From Lentisphaerae bacterium GWF2_49_21 (lineage in GTDB: Bacteria > Verrucomicrobiota > Lentisphaeria > Victivallales > GWF2-50-93): a DNA stretch of 64,000 nt. Shown here piece after piece: positions 40,150-49,123 of the stretch. Numbering within the stretch: the stretch's first letter is position 1; every line of letters starts with the position of its first letter. The position numbers were made by a program, and so were the translations under genes. The notes beneath the pieces are model-generated. The model was given only the letters and a program-made list of their open reading frames with translations, had not been told where the DNA came from and searched no databases. The stretch lies in contig MHBH01000005.1 of the NCBI GenBank assembly GCA_001804805.1, forward strand, positions 124,618-188,617, given 5' to 3'.

Positions 40150-40338
40150 TGAGGCAATTTCAAAATTGCCTCTATTCAGCTGATTGCTTTCGTTGGAGTA
40201 CAAGCTTCAGCTTGCGTAACCTGTTGTCGAAGATCCCGGCCCCAACGGGTGTCGGGAAATACTAAGACAAACTAAAGTTTGGACTCCAACGGGCATGTTT
40301 CAGCGACAACAGTTTAATTGTATTTTTGAAATCAGCTC
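40150..40338. mobile_element. MITE-like repeat family A, copy 3
   Basis: TGAGGCAATTTCAAAATTGCCTC hairpin, AGCTGATT...TTTTTGAAATCAGCTC ends, same central CCTGTTGTCGAAGATCCCGGC..GTCGGGA insert. Confidence 0.75.
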
Positions 40339-40410
40339 AAAGTGCTTTGGATTAAAAAAGGAGCGCGGGTTTTCCAACCCGCGAAGAGGCGGACCAGTCT
40401 TTGAATTGAT

Positions 40411-40548
40411 TATTGATGAGCGAAGCGAATCTTTGGAGTGCGGCAGCCCTCTGCCGCTATGGATTCCGGATCCAGGGAATATTTAGAAATAAATGCAAAG
40501 CGGCACAGGGGTGCCGCAGTCCAAAGTCAGGCCGGAGCGCCTGACATA
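40411..40548. repeat. GGAG-type REP doublet family B with GTCAGGCCGGAGCGCCTGAC tail
   Basis: TATTGATGAGCGAAGCGAATC-TTGGAGTGCGG...CCGCAGTCCAA-GTCAGGCCGGAGCGCCTGACA; homologous to 54528-54682 and 43089-43258 (inverted). Confidence 0.75.
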
Positions 40549-40623
40549 AATACGAAAAAACAAATCGAAGATTGGGAATATGCTCGTAGTTAATGCCGTG
40601 AGGCATGTGCTTGGATTTAAATT

Positions 40624-42678
40624 ATGAAAACCAAAATATCTTCAGGAAAAGTTGAGATCGAATTTGCTGGAAATGACAAGCAGCTTTGGTCATATAAAAA
40701 ACAGGGATGCAAAATCTCAGTTCCGGCTCCAGTATTCGAAATTGACGGACGCAAGACCGTTCTTTCCGTTGATTCCTTCTGCGAAAGATCAAAAAGCAAA
40801 GTTGTGTCCGGAGTTACGGAATATGTCCTGGAAGGCAAGACAAAGTCAAAAACTCATCTGAAACTCCAGCTTGTCCTGCGAATTTCGCAGAAATCTCCGT
40901 TCGTCAGATTCCGCTACATCCTCTCCGGCGATGCCAGGCTTACACGAAGTTCAGAACATGATTCGATCACATATCTCACCCTGGACATGAAGGCTGCAAA
41001 AGAAGTCCGTGAAGTTCGACTCAGCGATTTTGATGAGCTTGTCCATAGTTATATTCCTTCGGAAGAGAATGTCCCGGCGCAATCTTTCAAAGACAAGATG
41101 GCATTGATGGGGCCGATACTGTGCGGAAACGACTCGAAAAAATCATGGCTCTGCGCCTATGAACATGGCTCCCAACCGCCATTCCGGTTCCTAGAATATG
41201 TGCTTGGGCCTGACAGGAAAATTGATCTGCGGGCCGTCCGCGGAAACTACTGCGACGGCTATGACCTGAAAAAAGGATATGAGACAGTCTGGTTCGATAT
41301 TGGCGTCGTTGATGGAAATATTGATGAACTCGCCAAGGCATGGCGTGAATTCGTCCTGCGCTGGATGAGCCCCAATTCAGCGAGCCGCACTCCTTATATA
41401 TTCTATAACACTTGGAACTTCCAGGAGCGTCATCAGGCCTGGGAAAAGGGCAAGTATCTCGACCACATGAACGAGAAGAGGATGCTTGAGGAGATTGAAG
41501 TGGCTCACAAGATGGGCATCGATGTATTTGTCCTCGATACAGGATGGTACCAGAAGACCGGTGACTGGGAAGTCAACATGAAGACTTTTCCGCACGGGCT
41601 CGACCGTATCCGCGAAAAACTTTCCAAATATAAAATGAAGCTCGGGCTCTGGTTTTCCCCGACCCATGCCGCAGTCACAAGCAGGCTTGCCAAGAAACAT
41701 CCTGACTGCCTGATGTCATGGAATGGCAAGAAGAGCACGCCAAATGCCGTATGGGAAACAGAGGAGAGCAGCTCCTATTGCCTTTGCAGTCCGTACTGGG
41801 AATCATTTGCCGACGAACTCATCCGTTGTGTGAAGGAACTCGGGGTGACTTATTTCAAGTGGGACGCGATCGGACAGTTCGGCTGCGATGATCCGGGACA
41901 TCTCCACGGCACTTCGCGAAATTCGCAGGAGGAACGCGCCGACTGCTATGCGTTCGAGCAGGTCAGGTATATGTCGAAAATCATTGACCGTGTCTGCGCG
42001 GCGTGCCCCGAGGCAATAGTCGATTTTGATATCACCGAAGGACACCGTTCCGTCGGTCTGGCATTTCTTGCATCCGGAAAATATTTTCTCATCAACAATG
42101 GTCCATACTACAGATCATTCGATGATCCGCAGTATGCGCCGGGCGGTGGAATGGGAAGCAACGTCTTTGTATTTCCGGGACCTGCGCGCGCACGCCTCTG
42201 CCGTCATCCTCTCGGATATGACAGATGGGTACCGTCGGTGCTTTTCCTGACACATTTCCTTCCTGACGATCCGGAGTCATCACAGCTGATAAACATCGCC
42301 TCGATGATTCTCGGTCAGAACGGGATATGGGGCGATCTTCCGAAGATTTCCCCGGATGGAGTGAAACTCTACGGGCGTCTACTTGGATATTACAAGCAGG
42401 TCCGTGATGAAGTAACTGAGGCGTTCCCTGTGCGTTCCGGTTTCGTTGGCTGCAATCCGGAGATCCACGAGAAGATCGGGAAGAATGGCAAAGGCGTTGT
42501 TTGCGCATTCACCGACAACAAGGGTGCGTATCGCTACATCACTTCCAGGCGCGTCAATAAGAAGATAAAGACCAGCGATGACGTCGTAAAGATCAAAATC
42601 CTGAAGGATGGTCGTGCGGAAATAATCTTCAACTTCGAGCGTGGCGGTGCGAAGATCGCATTTTTCGGGACGGAGTAG
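40624..42678 (+). CDS. GH36 alpha-galactosidase
   Basis: YNTW, DVFVLDTGWY, FPHGL, KLGLWFSP, YFKWD catalytic motif. Confidence 0.88.
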   Translation: MKTKISSGKVEIEFAGNDKQLWSYKKQGCKISVPAPVFEIDGRKTVLSVDSFCERSKSKVVSGVTEYVLEGKTKSKTHLKLQLVLRISQKSPFVRFRYILSGDARLTRSSEHDSITYLTLDMKAAKEVREVRLSDFDELVHSYIPSEENVPAQSFKDKMALMGPILCGNDSKKSWLCAYEHGSQPPFRFLEYVLGPDRKIDLRAVRGNYCDGYDLKKGYETVWFDIGVVDGNIDELAKAWREFVLRWMSPNSASRTPYIFYNTWNFQERHQAWEKGKYLDHMNEKRMLEEIEVAHKMGIDVFVLDTGWYQKTGDWEVNMKTFPHGLDRIREKLSKYKMKLGLWFSPTHAAVTSRLAKKHPDCLMSWNGKKSTPNAVWETEESSSYCLCSPYWESFADELIRCVKELGVTYFKWDAIGQFGCDDPGHLHGTSRNSQEERADCYAFEQVRYMSKIIDRVCAACPEAIVDFDITEGHRSVGLAFLASGKYFLINNGPYYRSFDDPQYAPGGGMGSNVFVFPGPARARLCRHPLGYDRWVPSVLFLTHFLPDDPESSQLINIASMILGQNGIWGDLPKISPDGVKLYGRLLGYYKQVRDEVTEAFPVRSGFVGCNPEIHEKIGKNGKGVVCAFTDNKGAYRYITSRRVNKKIKTSDDVVKIKILKDGRAEIIFNFERGGAKIAFFGTE

Positions 42679-42692
42679 GTGGAGATAAGCCT

Positions 42693-43013
42693 TCAAGAAG
42701 ATGGTGGAGAGGGATTATCTGAAGATGCCTGATTAGATTTTATTCTTGCTATGATTATTTTAATTACTGCAAGCAGTACTATGCTCAAAATAATTTGCCA
42801 AAGCAACATAAAAATAAAATTTATGGGTGTTGATAAAGATAATAATACTGGCCATGCCAATGAATAAGCCCCCAATTTATTAACCAAAATTTCAATCTCA
42901 GAATAGTGGTCAGCGCTGCTTGTAGTTGTGCATATTCCGGCAAGTAAAAACATAATTAATGTTAGGCCTAAGATTATAACTATTTCTTTTGATTTAACAA
43001 TAATTATTTTCAT
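42693..43013 (-). CDS. Small, very AT-rich membrane protein (possible former gene cassette)
   Basis: 2-3 hydrophobic segments; composition far more AT-rich than the neighbours. Confidence 0.55.
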   Translation of the reverse strand: MKIIIVKSKEIVIILGLTLIMFLLAGICTTTSSADHYSEIEILVNKLGAYSLAWPVLLSLSTPINFIFMLLWQIILSIVLLAVIKIIIARIKSNQASSDNPSPPSS

Positions 43014-43088
43014 GGCTATTATTTGATCTGGTTCCCGCTTTTATGAAAGTTACAACGGTACAAATAGGAAATCAAGAGGATTTTGCTC

Positions 43089-43258
43089 TTATGTCAGGCG
43101 CTTTGGACTGACCGTGGGAGTGCGTGTGACGAAGTCACCGCTTTGTGTCGCAAAATTCATTTTGCGAATCTTTATTACGAGAAATAAATTTCTCTGAACA
43201 AGGCGGTAACAAGTTCCCGCACTCCATGTGATTCGTTCTCCGCTGGAGAACTCATCAG
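43089..43258. repeat. REP doublet family B, inverted copy
   Basis: Reverse complement matches 54528-54682, including the spacer TGTCGCAAAATTCATTTTGCGAA and GAGAAAT..ATTTCTC hairpins. Confidence 0.8.
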
Positions 43259-43433
43259 AAGACATTCGAAAGATATTGCATGAAGACACGCTATAGCTGT
43301 GAACTCCAACGAGAGAGTTCCCCGGAAAACATAGGCCAATCAAATCCAAGAACATGTCTTGCGACATTAACTACAAACATATTCAATAATTGCATTCGTT
43401 CGTAGTTAAGCTCGCAAGAGCTGTTCTTGGAAT

Positions 43434-44663
43434 TTACTTTGATTTCTTTCTGTATATCTCCAGCGCTCCGGGGAAGGGGCTGAGGGCGCGTTCGCAGATT
43501 CCGAGGGAGTAGGCGATTGCCACACCATAGTTCGTGATGGGGACACCAGCTTCACGGCATTTCAGGATTCTTGAGAGAAGAAGGCGTCTGTTGAAGGTGC
43601 AGCTCCCGCAATGGATTATCAGTTTGTATTTTTTTATGTCGTCAGGGAAATCACAACCCTGTGTGTGTTCGAAATTAAGTTTGCCGCCGACGTATTGCGT
43701 CAGCCACCTGGGTATTTTTATTCTTCCGATGTCTTCACCGATCGGGTGATGCGTACATGCCTCCGCCATCAGGATTTTGTCGCCGGGCTTAAGTTTTTCA
43801 ATGGCTAGGGCGCCTTCGACGAAAGTGTCGAGATCCCCTTTGAACCTGGCGAAGAGGATTGAGAAGGAGGTTAAAGGAATATTGTCAGGAGTGTCTGCCG
43901 CAACCTTGAGGAAGGCCTGCGAATCCGTAACGACAATGTTCGGCGGACGTTTTAGGCGTTCGAGTGCGTCGCGCAGTTCGCGTTCCTTTACTACCATGCA
44001 GTATGAATCATTGTCGAGGATGTCTCGGATCGTCTGTACCTGCGGGAGGATCAGCCTTCCCTTGGGAGCTTCAAGGTCTATTGGAACCACGAGCATTGCC
44101 AGGCTTCCCGGAGGAAGGAGATCGCCGACGACTGATTTTTCGGAGATGAACTCTTCGGGGACGTTCTTTATTAGCATGTCCCGGAGCTCGTCGATTCCAC
44201 TGCCTTCGGTCGCCACAGTTTCAATATAAGATAGTTTTAAGGCATTCAGTCGGCTGATGAGTTTTTGCGTAGGCTTGGAAGTGTCAGACTTGTTGAGGAC
44301 TGCGATTACCGGAATTCCCTTTTTCCTGAATGCCTTAAAAATATTTTCTTCGAATTTTCCCCATTCACCCGCCTCTACCACGATCATTGCGAGTTCAGTG
44401 CGCTCGAAGATCTTTTTCGTCTTGTTCACCCGCATTTTACCGAGAGCACCGCTGTCATCAATGCCGGCCGTGTCGATGAAAAGCACAGGCCCGATCGGAA
44501 GGAGTTCCATGGGCTTTTCCACAGGATCGGTGGTGGTTCCGGCGACATCGGAGACAATCGACACCTGCTGTTTTGTAAGGGCGTTGAGAAGCGAGGATTT
44601 CCCGACGTTCCTGCGTCCGAAGATCCCGATGTGGAGCCGTAAGCCTTTTGGTGTGGATTGCAT
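43434..44663 (-). CDS. hydF: [FeFe]-hydrogenase maturation GTPase HydF
   Basis: HIGIFGRRNVGKSS, GTTTDPV, DTAG, NKSD, APKGRLILPQVQ, EACTHH, HCGSC, NYG. Confidence 0.97.
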   Translation of the reverse strand: MQSTPKGLRLHIGIFGRRNVGKSSLLNALTKQQVSIVSDVAGTTTDPVEKPMELLPIGPVLFIDTAGIDDSGALGKMRVNKTKKIFERTELAMIVVEAGEWGKFEENIFKAFRKKGIPVIAVLNKSDTSKPTQKLISRLNALKLSYIETVATEGSGIDELRDMLIKNVPEEFISEKSVVGDLLPPGSLAMLVVPIDLEAPKGRLILPQVQTIRDILDNDSYCMVVKERELRDALERLKRPPNIVVTDSQAFLKVAADTPDNIPLTSFSILFARFKGDLDTFVEGALAIEKLKPGDKILMAEACTHHPIGEDIGRIKIPRWLTQYVGGKLNFEHTQGCDFPDDIKKYKLIIHCGSCTFNRRLLLSRILKCREAGVPITNYGVAIAYSLGICERALSPFPGALEIYRKKSK

Positions 44664-44684
44664 ATATGTTAGTTTCCGATTATA

Positions 44685-44808
44685 TGATGCGAAGCATCCT
44701 TGGAGTGCGGTAGCTTGCTACCGCCTTTTGAAGACAAGCTTGCTTGTCATTATAATTACGCGGAGCGAGCTCCGCTAAACAAGGCTGAAGCAAGCTTCAG
44801 CACTCCAT
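44685..44808. repeat. GGAG-type REP doublet
   Basis: TTGGAGTGCGGTAGCTTGCTACCGC ... GCTGAAGCAAGCTTCAGCACTCCA with internal hairpins. Confidence 0.7.
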
Positions 44809-44814
44809 ATTGGT

Positions 44815-45615
44815 TTATTTTATCTCCCTTGCCAGTACGATCCTGAAGCCGATGTCGGCCGCCTTGAAATCCACCTTGTCGGCGTATCTTGTCGAGGAAC
44901 GCAGGAACTTCGTATCAAAGCACCAGCTTCCGCCTCTGAGTATCTTGTGATCGCCCATTGTCGAGACGGGATCGACGGCGGCGTCCTTGTACGTGTCGGT
45001 CTTGACGCCTTTTTCTCCGTATTCGCAGGAGTCGAGACACCATTCCCAGACGTTGCCGTGCATGTCATATATGCCCCATGGATTTGGAGATTTAGTTGCA
45101 ACTGGCTGGGTGCTGTTCTTGCTGTTGCCTCCGTTCCATGAGATGTCATCTGTCTTGCCGGCGAAGTCTCCAGTGGTTCCTGCCCGGCAAGCATATTCCC
45201 ATTCGGCTTCGGTAGGCAGGCGGTAGATGTATCCCTGGGGCAGTCGCCCTTCCTTCTTCTCCAGTTCATTCAATTTTGTACAGAAAGCAATGGCGTCGTT
45301 CCAGGAGATCTGCTCGGCAGGGGCGTTGCTTCCCTCGTAAAGGCTTGGATTTTTTCCGGAAATCTTCTCGTATTGGGACTGGGTAATCTCGGTTTTTCCA
45401 ATCCAGAATTCCGTGGTTATCTTCACCTTGTGTACCGGCTTCTCGTCATCGGTCCACTGGTCGGAGCCCATGGTGAATTCGCCTGGCTCGACGTTTATCA
45501 GCGCAAGGCCGATGGAATTGACTGCTTTGAAACTGTCGCCTGCCGGCTCGGACGACATGCATCCGGCGGCAAGGAACAATGAGGCTAGGACTGGAATAAT
45601 AATTAAGTTCTTCAT
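44815..45615 (-). CDS. Formylglycine-generating-enzyme (SUMF1/FGE-sulfatase) domain lipoprotein
   Basis: Lipobox AAGC; GEFTMGS, EITQSQY, ISWNDA..FC, RLPTEAEWEYACRAG, YDMHGNVWEW, RGGSW, GFR. Confidence 0.92.
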   Translation of the reverse strand: MKNLIIIPVLASLFLAAGCMSSEPAGDSFKAVNSIGLALINVEPGEFTMGSDQWTDDEKPVHKVKITTEFWIGKTEITQSQYEKISGKNPSLYEGSNAPAEQISWNDAIAFCTKLNELEKKEGRLPQGYIYRLPTEAEWEYACRAGTTGDFAGKTDDISWNGGNSKNSTQPVATKSPNPWGIYDMHGNVWEWCLDSCEYGEKGVKTDTYKDAAVDPVSTMGDHKILRGGSWCFDTKFLRSSTRYADKVDFKAADIGFRIVLAREIK

Positions 45616-45708
45616 TAGACCTCCGTCAGTTTTTGATTAACTCGTAATATAATCTACTACAATATTTCCACAATGGAAAATGCTATTATATATGAAGACA
45701 TAATAAAC

Positions 45709-45777
45709 TTGACAGGATAACTGGATTTACATGATAAAATGAATTCAATAAATCCGGAAAATCCTGTAATCCTGTCT
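45709..45777. repeat. Inverted pair of 9-mer tandem repeats (ACAGGAT-type)
   Basis: ttgacaggataactggatttacatgat ... aatccggaaaatcctgtaatcctgtc. Confidence 0.7.
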
Positions 45778-45802
45778 AAATAATTCTGGCGTTCTATATA
45801 GT

Positions 45803-47194
45803 TTAAGAACCGAGTTTCATCACGGCTTCAGCGGAAGTGAGTTCATTGAACTCCTTGGCGGAAAGTATTTTTTTGTCTACAACTATTTCGCGGATGGATT
45901 TTTTTGATTTGCGGAATTCGCAGGTTATCTCCTGGGCCTTCTCATATCCGATCCTGCCGACGAGCGCGGTCAGGGTCGCGGTGGAATTCTCCACAAGCCT
46001 GCGGCAGACACCCTCATTCACCTTGAGTCCTTCAATGCAATGAACGCAGAGGATGGAGGATGAATTTATGAGGAGATCGAGGCTTTCCAGATAGGAGTCG
46101 GCGAGCAACGGCATGAAGGCGTTCAATTCAAGATGCCCCATCGCACAGGCATGGGCGATGGTTGTGTCGTTTGACATGGCCTTCAGTGCGGCCTGTATGA
46201 CAGCCTCCGGGATCACGGGATTAATTTTTCCGGGCATTACGGTCGAACCGGGCTGGCATGCCGGCAGTATGAGTTCTCCTATTCCTGCGTCAGGACCTGA
46301 CGACATGAATCTGAGATCGTTCGAGACTTTTACGAGATTGACGGCGCACGCCTTGAGGATTCCGCTGGCTTCGACAAAAGCGTCGTTGTTCTGAGTGGCA
46401 TCGACAAGATTCTCGGCGCGAGCAAGTCCGAAGCCAGTGAGGTTTTTAAGATTTTCGAAAACCTTGAAAATATACTGGCGCGGGGCGCTGATCCCTGTGC
46501 CGATGGCAGTGCCTCCGAGATTGACGACGCGGAGACGCTCCTCGCATTTGAAGACACGCCAGCGGTCGCGGCCGAACGCTTCGGCGTATGCCGACATTGT
46601 GCGGCCCATGGTCGTGAGCACGGCATCCTGATACTCCGTCCTGCCGACTTTTACGACATGTGCGAACTCCTTTTCCTTATTCTGGAATGATTCGAGGAGT
46701 GCGACAAGTTTCTTCTCAAGGATTCTCTGCTGGCTTATCGCGGCGACCTTCAAGGCCGTCGGGTAGGTATCGTTTGTCGACTGGTGCAAGTTTATATCGC
46801 CAAGTGGATGGATGAGCTTGTAGTCGCCTGGCTTCTTGCCGAGTATGATGAGTGCGCGGTTTGCGAGAACCTCATTTACGTTCATGTTTGTGGAAGTACC
46901 GGCTCCGCCCTGGAGCGCATCGACAATGATGTGTCCGGCGAGTTTTCCGGAAGCCATCTCTTCGCACGCTTGACGGATCGCTTCAAACTTCTTGTTCTCG
47001 AGCTTCCCGAGTTCGTGGTTTGTCATTGCGCAGGCAAGCTTCACCAGACCGTAGGCATGGATGAGCGCGGGATTGACATGGCGTCCTGACAACGGGAAGT
47101 TCTTGACGGCACGGAGAGTCTGGATGCCGTATAGAACATCCGACGGCACCTTCATTTCTCCAAGCAAATCTTTTTCTGTCCTGAGTTTTGACAT
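45803..47194 (-). CDS. aspA: Aspartate ammonia-lyase (fumarase/aspartase family)
   Basis: RTEKDLLG, YGIQTLRA, QGGAGTSTNMNVNEV, QSTNDTYPT, GSTVMPGKINPVIPE, LELNAF. Confidence 0.92.
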   Translation of the reverse strand: MSKLRTEKDLLGEMKVPSDVLYGIQTLRAVKNFPLSGRHVNPALIHAYGLVKLACAMTNHELGKLENKKFEAIRQACEEMASGKLAGHIIVDALQGGAGTSTNMNVNEVLANRALIILGKKPGDYKLIHPLGDINLHQSTNDTYPTALKVAAISQQRILEKKLVALLESFQNKEKEFAHVVKVGRTEYQDAVLTTMGRTMSAYAEAFGRDRWRVFKCEERLRVVNLGGTAIGTGISAPRQYIFKVFENLKNLTGFGLARAENLVDATQNNDAFVEASGILKACAVNLVKVSNDLRFMSSGPDAGIGELILPACQPGSTVMPGKINPVIPEAVIQAALKAMSNDTTIAHACAMGHLELNAFMPLLADSYLESLDLLINSSSILCVHCIEGLKVNEGVCRRLVENSTATLTALVGRIGYEKAQEITCEFRKSKKSIREIVVDKKILSAKEFNELTSAEAVMKLGS

Positions 47195-47273
47195 AATAAA
47201 TGGCCTAAGAATATTCAAGAATTAATGCTATATTATACATTAAAATAACGAATTTAAAATTTTGGAGCTGGAT

Positions 47274-47900
47274 ATGGCTGGATTTGCCCTTAAAAAGGAA
47301 GAGCATTATACCTGGGCTGACTATCAGAAGTGGCCTGACGGGGAAAGGTGGGAAATTATAGATGGTGAAGCCTACATGATGTCGCCGGCTCCTTCCACTC
47401 GGCACCAAGCCGTTTTAGGGGCTCTTGCAAGGGAATTCTTGAATTATTTTCACAACAAGAAATGCAAGACTCTCCTTTCACCGGTCGACGTGAAGCTATC
47501 TGATGAGGACATAGTCCAGCCCGACATAGTGGTTGTCTGCGACAAGCACCAGATCAAGGAAACTCATATTGAAGGGGCGCCAAGCCTTGTTGTTGAAATA
47601 GTTTCCCCCTCATCCGCAATAAGTGACAGGACGCGTAAGATGCGTCTGTATGCAGAAGCGGGAATAAAGGAATATTGGATTGTAACTCTTTTCCCTTCCA
47701 TGGTGGAGATTTTTCTCCTTGACGGGAAAAACTACCGGATGCATAAGGCTTATGACCGCAGTCAAACTCTCGAAAGCGCAACATTCAAGAAACTCAAGAT
47801 AAGCCTCGGTGAAGTATTCGATTTTCCTCTTTTGCCTGAAGAAAAAAAGATTTATGAAGTGAAGGAGTCTCCGGCGAAGTATGGGGCTTCCAGAAAATAG
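47274..47900 (+). CDS. Uma2-family PD-(D/E)xK endonuclease
   Basis: YTWADY..WP..ERWEIIDG, PAPS..HQ, VQPDIVVVCD, GAPSLVVEIVSPS, YAEAGIKEYWIV. Confidence 0.92.
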   Translation: MAGFALKKEEHYTWADYQKWPDGERWEIIDGEAYMMSPAPSTRHQAVLGALAREFLNYFHNKKCKTLLSPVDVKLSDEDIVQPDIVVVCDKHQIKETHIEGAPSLVVEIVSPSSAISDRTRKMRLYAEAGIKEYWIVTLFPSMVEIFLLDGKNYRMHKAYDRSQTLESATFKKLKISLGEVFDFPLLPEEKKIYEVKESPAKYGASRK

Positions 47901-48078
47901 TTCGTCCTAAGAGGCTGAAAGAAATGGTTGAATTTTCCAAGAAGATATTTTCTACACCAGAACTGTATCCAGCGCCTGGATTCCAGCCGGCAATTAACTC
48001 CATGGATATAATTATGTCATCATTTTTCTTTGTTGCAAAGAAAAAAGAATCATGTGTGAAACCGCAGGAAAGGCTTTA

Positions 48079-48867
48079 ATGACGACACCAACACAAGATC
48101 AGATCTTCCATCGGACGGAGCTCCTTCTCGGGAAGGATGCGATGCAGCGCATCCGCGGCGCAAAGATAATTATTTTCGGGGTAGGGGGCGTCGGTAGCTG
48201 GGCCGCGGAGGCGCTTGTCCGCACCGGCTTCATGCATCTTACTATTGTTGATTCCGACGTCGTCTGCGCGACGAATGTGAACCGCCAGCTCCAGGCAACA
48301 TTCCATAATGTAGGAAAACCCAAGGTGGATGAACTGAAGACACGCCTTCTTGCGATAAATCCTGAAGCCGACATAAAGGCGTTCAAGGAATTCTATGATG
48401 AAGGCACATCAGGAGAGTTCGATGTTAGCAAGTATGACTATGTGCTTGATGCGATTGATTCGCTGAAGAGCAAGATTCTCCTTATCAAAAAATCCCTGGA
48501 GGCAGGCGTCAAGCTTTATTCTTCGATGGGTGCCGGAGTTAAACTTGATCCTACGCAGATACGGACGGTTCCCATAAGCAAGACGAAGAATTGTCCGCTG
48601 GCCAGGGTGGTCCGTCAACGTCTCCGCAAGGAGAATATCCAGGGCGAGTTCATGTGCGTCTACAGCGAGGAGCTGCCCGTGGAGAACAAGGGCCGGACCT
48701 TCTGCGGGAGCAAGGTCTGTGCATGCCCCGACAAGGACGAAGAGAACCTTTGCATGGCGAAGGCAAAGATCAACGGCACTCTAGTCCATATAACCGCACC
48801 TTTCGGATTTACACTGGCGGGATTGGTTATCCAGGATATTGCGAGGGGGAATTCTACGTCTGTGTAA
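48079..48867 (+). CDS. tcdA: tRNA threonylcarbamoyladenosine dehydratase (ThiF-like)
   Basis: RTELLLG, FGVGGVGSWAAEALVRTG, TNVNRQ, DAIDS, SSMGAG..LDPT, CPLAR, VYSEE. Confidence 0.9.
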   Translation: MTTPTQDQIFHRTELLLGKDAMQRIRGAKIIIFGVGGVGSWAAEALVRTGFMHLTIVDSDVVCATNVNRQLQATFHNVGKPKVDELKTRLLAINPEADIKAFKEFYDEGTSGEFDVSKYDYVLDAIDSLKSKILLIKKSLEAGVKLYSSMGAGVKLDPTQIRTVPISKTKNCPLARVVRQRLRKENIQGEFMCVYSEELPVENKGRTFCGSKVCACPDKDEENLCMAKAKINGTLVHITAPFGFTLAGLVIQDIARGNSTSV

Positions 48868-48890
48868 TCTGTTCGGAGCTGAATGTATTT

Positions 48891-49118
48891 ATGTCGCCAC
48901 CATGCGGGGGCTTCTTTAATTTTTATATTCATATTTCCCCACGCTGGCGCATGGGGCTATAATATTCCACCCTCTGCGAGGGCTAAGAACTTGAAGTCCG
49001 CGCAGTATTTTATTAATTATTAGCCTCCGCAGGATGGCGAAATTATGTAGCCCCATGCGTAAGCGTGGGGATTTTATGAATTTGAAATATAAAATAAGTC
49101 CCCGAAGGGCGGCGGCAT
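48891..49118. repeat. Large palindromic REP-type cluster
   Basis: ATGTCGCC...GGCGGCAT outer arms; CCCCACGCTGGCGCATGGGGCTA inverted to TAGCCCCATGCGTAAGCGTGGGG; lies between convergent tcdA and mnmE. Confidence 0.75.
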
Positions 49119-49123
49119 ATTCT

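Noticed and set aside
47274-47900. Uma2 nuclease as a defence system or as the mobiliser of the repeats
   Set aside because: A solitary Uma2 gene is common, it has no partner gene, and it is not flanked by the repeat families.
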